From the NCBI RefSeq assembly GCF_009914755.1, contig NC_060926.1: DNA of 64,000 nucleotides; one strand, given 5' to 3'. The DNA is from the human T2T-CHM13v2.0 reference genome, Homo sapiens. Position 1 is the first letter of the stretch. Each line of letters opens with the position of its first letter. This document shows positions 59,195 to 64,000 of this stretch, piece by piece. The translations under genes were made by a program, and so were the position numbers. The notes under the pieces were generated by a model, which saw only the letters and a list, made by a program, of their open reading frames with translations, searched no databases and had not been told where the DNA came from.

Positions 59195-61010
59195 GATCGC
59201 TGTCAGCATACAGAGACAATTTTATTTCCTCCTTCCCTATTAGGATGCCTTTTGTTTTTTTTCTTTTGCCTAATTGCTGTTGATAAGACTTCCAGTACTA
59301 TGTTGAAAAGAAGTGGTGAATAATGGGCGTTTTTGTCTTGTTCTTGATCTTAGAGAAAAAGATTTCAATTTTTCACTGTTTAGAATGATATCGGCTATGA
59401 CTTTGTAATAGATGGTCTTTATTGTACTGAGTTACATTTTCTTTATACCTAATCCGTTAAGGTTTTTATTATGAACAAATGTTGAAATTTGCAAAATCCT
59501 TTTGCTGCATTTATTGAGATGATCATATGATTTTTATCCTTCACTTTGTTGATGTGGTGTATTACATTTATTGATTTGCATATGTTGAACCATCCTTGCA
59601 TCCCAGGGATAAACACCACTTGATCATGGTGAACGTTTCTTTTAATGGGTTGTTGAATTCAGTTTGCTAATTTTTTTTGAGAATTTTTTGCATTTATGTT
59701 CATCAAAAATATTGGTCTGTAATTTTCTACTTTCTACTTCAAGGACAGTCTCTTTGTCCAGCTTTTGGCATCAGGATAATGCTAGCCTTCTAAAAAGAGT
59801 TTGAATGTATTCCTTCTACTTCATATTTTGGAAGCGTTTGAGAAGAATTAGTATTAATATTAAGATGTTTGTTACAATTCAGCAGTGAAGACTTCAGGTC
59901 TTGGGCTTTTCTTTAATGGGAGACTATTGTGTCTAATATAAATACAGCTACTGCTGCTCTCCTTCAGTTTTCATTTGCATGGAATACCTTTTTCTACACC
60001 CTCACTTTCAGTCTATGTGTGTCCTTACTAGTAAAGTGAGTATTCTGTAGGGAGCACATGGTTGGCTCCTATTTTAAAAATATATTCATCCACTCTAGGT
60101 TTTTTGATTGGAAAGATTAATCCATTCACATTCAAGGTAATTATTAATAGGTAAGGACTTGCTTCTGCTGCTTTGTAATTTTTTTTTCTGATTGTTTTGT
60201 AGGCCATTTGTTAATTTCTTCTTCTCTTTCTGTCTTCCTGTGAGGTTTAATGGTTTTCTGTTGTGATATGTTTTGATCTTTCTTTTTATGCTTCGTGCTA
60301 CTACTGTAGGTTTTTCTTTGTGTGTGTGGCTACCATGAGACTTACATAAAACATCTGCTTCTTATGACAGGTTACTTTAAGGTGATAACAACTTTAACTG
60401 CACACGAAAACTACACTTTCACTTCCTCTCCTTTACGTTTTCTTTATTTTGATGCCAAAACTTGCTTTTTTTTTTTTTTTAGTATTTTGTATTCCTTAAC
60501 AATCTATTGTAGCTAGAGTTATTTTTGATAGTTTTGCCTTCTAACTTTCATAGTAGAAATAAAATTGCTTTACATACCGTTCTTATAGTAATAGAGAATT
60601 CTGAGTATGACTATACATTACTTATTCTACTAAGTTTTTAACTTTCAATTTGTTTTTACTTTATTAATTAACAGCCTTTAATTTCAGCTTCAAGAACTCC
60701 CTTTGTAGTTTCTATAAAGGAGGCCTAGTAGTGATGAACTACCTTAGCATTTGCTTGTCTAGAAAAGTTTTTATTTCTTTCCCAATTCTGAAGGTCAGTT
60801 TTGCCAAGTAAAGTATTTCTGGTAGGCAGTTTTTTTCCTTCATTACATTGACCGTATCATTCCATTTTCTTCTGGCCTGCAGTACTTCTGTTGAAAAATC
60901 TGCTGAAAACCACTTGGGGTTTCTTTTGATAATTTGATTACGATATGTCCTGGTAAGCTCCTTCTTGAGTTGAAATTGATTGGTGACCTCTGAGTTTCCT
61001 GCATCTGGAT
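57045..61010 (-). mobile_element. L1MA element (3' UTR + ORF2 part, internal deletion near 59930)
   Basis: Antisense L1MA 3' UTR (acaattgtatatattttggggtacaa, ttccacatataagtgagattatgcag). Minus-strand ORF 57650-57889 ([17 protein letters not shown]...CTPMFIAA) is the L1 ORF2p C-terminus. Confidence 0.9.
59130..59194. repeat. (TA)n(CA)n microsatellite
   Basis: Directly visible; about 22 CA units. Confidence 0.97.
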
Positions 61011-61229
61011 CTTATTTAATTATTTAACTTAATTATAAATTAAGTTAAATTTAATACCAGGGCAACCACCAAGAACATTTAAAAACATATAGTACACGAA
61101 ATGACAAAGGAATTAAAGTGATACACTAGAAAATATCTGTTTAACACACAAGAAGGCAGTAATACAGGAAATGAGGAACAAAAAAGATAGGACATGTAGA
61201 AAAAAATAACAAAATGGTAGAAATAGGTA

Positions 61230-61505
61230 CAGTTGACCCTTGAACAACATGGCTTTAAATTGTGCATGTCCACTTATACCTGGATTTTCTTCTGCCTCTG
61301 CCGCCCCTGAGACAGCAAGACCAACTACTCCTTTTCCTTCTCAGGTTATGCAATATGAAGAAGAGGATGAAGATGTTTTCTCTAGCTTACTTTATCGTAA
61401 TGATACTGTATCTAATACGTATTTCATACAAAATATGTGTTAGTTGACTGTGTGTTATTGGTAAGGCTTCTGGTCAACAGTAGGATATTAGCAGTTAACT
61501 TTAGG
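61230..61505 (+). mobile_element. Tigger2a (MER28) Tc1/mariner MITE, deleted
   Basis: TA followed by TIR cagttgacccttgaacaaca, then cccctgagacagcaagacca and ggtaaggcttctggtcaacagtagg. 3' TIR is missing. Confidence 0.88.
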
Positions 61506-62289
61506 GTTAACTTTTAACCAATTAAAATACAAAAATTAAGAATAAAAAAGCCATAATCAACTATATGCTGTTGTGAAGAAACTCATTTTAGTTTCAAAGA
61601 CACAAGTAAGTTGAACTTGAAGGATGAAAAAAATATATACTATGCAAACAGTAACCAGGGAAAGCTAGAGTGGCTACAATAATATGAAGCAAACAAGACT
61701 TTAAAGCAAAAATTGTTACTAGTGACAAAGAAGGACATTATGTATTGATAAAAAGGTCAATCCATCAAGATAGAAACATTATAAATACATATACATCTAA
61801 TAAGAGAGCTTCACAATAGAGGTGGAAAAGCTGACAGAATTAAGGGGAAAATAGATGATTAAATAACAGTTAAAGACTGAAATACTGCAGTTTCACTACT
61901 GCATAGAACAATTAGAAAGATCAGTAAGAAAATAGAAAATTTGAACAACACTATAAACCAAGTAGACCTAACAGATAGCTATGGAATACTTCATCCAACA
62001 ACAGCCTAATACACGTTTCACAAGCACACATGGAATATTCTGCAGAACAGATCATATTTTAGGCCACAACACACATCCTAATATATTCAAAATGATTAGA
62101 ATTATACAAAATATGTTTTCTGATTGTAATGGAAATAGAAGGGAACTTTCTCAACCTGGCAAGGGTATCTGTGGAAAATCCAGTTAACGTCATACATAAT
62201 GGTGAAAGTCTGAATATTTTCCCCATAAGAACAGGAATAATACAAGGATATCATTCTGTTTATTGTTGTGCTGCAAGTTCTAACCCTAG

Positions 62290-62707
62290 TGTATTAATCT
62301 GTTCTCACAGTGCTATACTTGAGTCTGGCTAACATATTTTTAAAAAGAGGCTTGATTGGCTCATAGTTCTGCAGGCTGTACAGGAAAAATAGCAGTTTCT
62401 GCTACTGGGAAGGTCTCAGGAAGCTTCCAATCATGGAGGAAGGCAAATGGGGGAGTGAGAGGTCTTACATGGTGGAAGAAGGAGCAAGAGAGAGCGATGG
62501 GGGAGGTACTGCATACTTTTAAACAACCATATCTCTTGAGAACCCACTCACTATCACAAGAACAGCACCAAGCACATGGTGCTAAACCATTCATGAGAAA
62601 TCCACTTCCATTATCCAACCACCTCCCTCCCATCAGGCCCCACTTCCAACATTGGGGATTACAATTCAACATGACATTTGGTGAAGACATAGATCCAAGC
62701 CATATCA
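62290..62707 (-). mobile_element. MSTB-like MaLR solo LTR
   Basis: tgtattaatctgttctcac...ggctcatagttctgcaggctgtacagga...atccaagccatatca. Confidence 0.9.
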
Positions 62708-62811
62708 CATGGCAACTAGACAAGGAAAAGAAGCAAAATACATACATACTGGAAAGGAAGAAATGAAACTATTAAGAGATGTCATGATCTTATACACAGA
62801 AAAGGCTAAAG

Positions 62812-64000
62812 AGAAGAAGGATCAAGATGGCCAACTAAATACAGGTACTATGTGCTTCCACCATGGGGAAGAGCCAGAATAGGAAGTAGATACTCAAATT
62901 TCAAACATATCTTCTAGGAGAGAATGTTTGGATTCATCACAGAAGAGATGGAAAGCACCAGAAATAAGTAGGAAGAGAGTTTGAGGCAGATTGTCCAGCT
63001 AGGAACTTACTGAGAGTTGGGAGAAATGCCTTGATGTGGGGAAACAGTAACAGAGAAATACCCAGACCTCTGAAATGAACTTTAACAAACCTGGCATGGG
63101 AGAAACCATCAACCCACTAGGTCCTCGTGCCTGACATATGGAGCTGCCTAGATTTTGCACAGAGACGTTGCTCCAGAAAGGGTTCCTACACAGAATCCCA
63201 CAGTTATCTGTGTCAGGAGCAGCCTCAGTCAGGAGCCATTTTCAGAACCAAGATGCTGTGGACCTATAGACCATGGCTGCAACCACTGTGCTGCTCCAAG
63301 AAGGGAGAGGGGTGAATAGGTGCACCCATACACCCCTGGGTGGGTACTTGCTGTCCTGCTACAAACTACTGTTGAGACTGAGATATAAGTGGATCACACT
63401 TCTCCAGAGTCTTACTCATGCTGCTTGCCTGGATGGTGTCCCATCCCCTCTGGTTCCAGACCAAGGCACCATTTTGAGAGCTTAGTGGTGGGCTGAGGCT
63501 TGCCTTCGACCTGAGCTCAGGCTGACAAGGTTAAAGCCACCCCCTGACCAAGGACTGACAGGAAATCCAGGCTATCCTATATATATATATATAGTCATAC
63601 CCAGTGCTCTGAAACAGGCTGCTGTGAGACTGAAACATGATCAGACCACACTCTCCACAGCTTTTTGCTCACACTGCTTGCCTAGGTCATCCTCCACCCT
63701 TTCTGTTCCCAGTCCAAAACTTCACCATTGTCTTGATTTTGGGCTGATGCACTCTAGCTGCCACCCAGCCAAAGAGGGACAGGGAAGCCAGGTTCTCCTA
63801 TGCATACCTAGGACAATACTCAATGCCCTGGTACAGGCTGCTGTGAGGCCAAGATTTCAGTGGACCACACTTCCCAAAGCTTCTTGCCTATTCACTAGAA
63901 TGGGGCCCCACCCTCCCCAGTCACAAGCCCACAACTGACACCATTTTGATAGTATATAGACAGCATTTGGTGACCTGGTAGCAGCAGCCACAGCAGGTAT
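62812..64000 (+). mobile_element. L1 5' UTR (L1M1/L1M2, L1MA-type), running off the window
   Basis: Starts with the YY1 motif caagatggcc (62823-62832), typical of L1 5' ends; GC-richer, with internal ~240-bp repeats. Confidence 0.75.

Larger units (their letters stand above)
61035..62815 (+). mobile_element. L1M ORF2 5' (endonuclease) remnant, split by Tigger2a and MSTB
   Basis: tatactatgcaaacagtaacca...gacaaagaaggacattatgtattgataaaaagg. ORF 61981-62187 (THGIFCRTDHILGH) is a decayed L1 endonuclease motif. Confidence 0.82.

Overview
This is AT-rich, CpG-poor primate genomic DNA (AluY, L1PA and THE1 are present, so catarrhine and probably human) from an intergenic or deep-intronic region. I could not identify the locus. 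I see no protein-coding exon, CpG island or RNA gene; the supplied ORFs are Alu, LTR, L1, L2 or microsatellite by-products or short chance frames. About half the window is transposon debris: 12 Alus, many MaLR/ERV1/ERVL LTRs (often nested), old L1M and L2 tracts, MIRs and DNA-transposon MITEs. Subfamily names come from recalled consensus sequences, not a database run, and edges of old elements are approximate. Two things stand out. (1) At 50252-50786 a single TSD-flanked insertion contains AluY + A-tail + about 170 bp of THE1-internal DNA + a second poly(A), an apparent Alu 3' transduction or composite retroposon with its own diagnostic marks. (2) A 116-bp, 98%-identical inverted templated copy sits inside an old L1MA (57483-57598 vs 58235-58350). 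Smaller oddities include a fold-back hairpin at an L1/L1 junction, a 71-bp L1PA insertion, a dispersed ~62-bp duplication, a cryptic-exon-plus-(UG)n architecture and a candidate enhancer.
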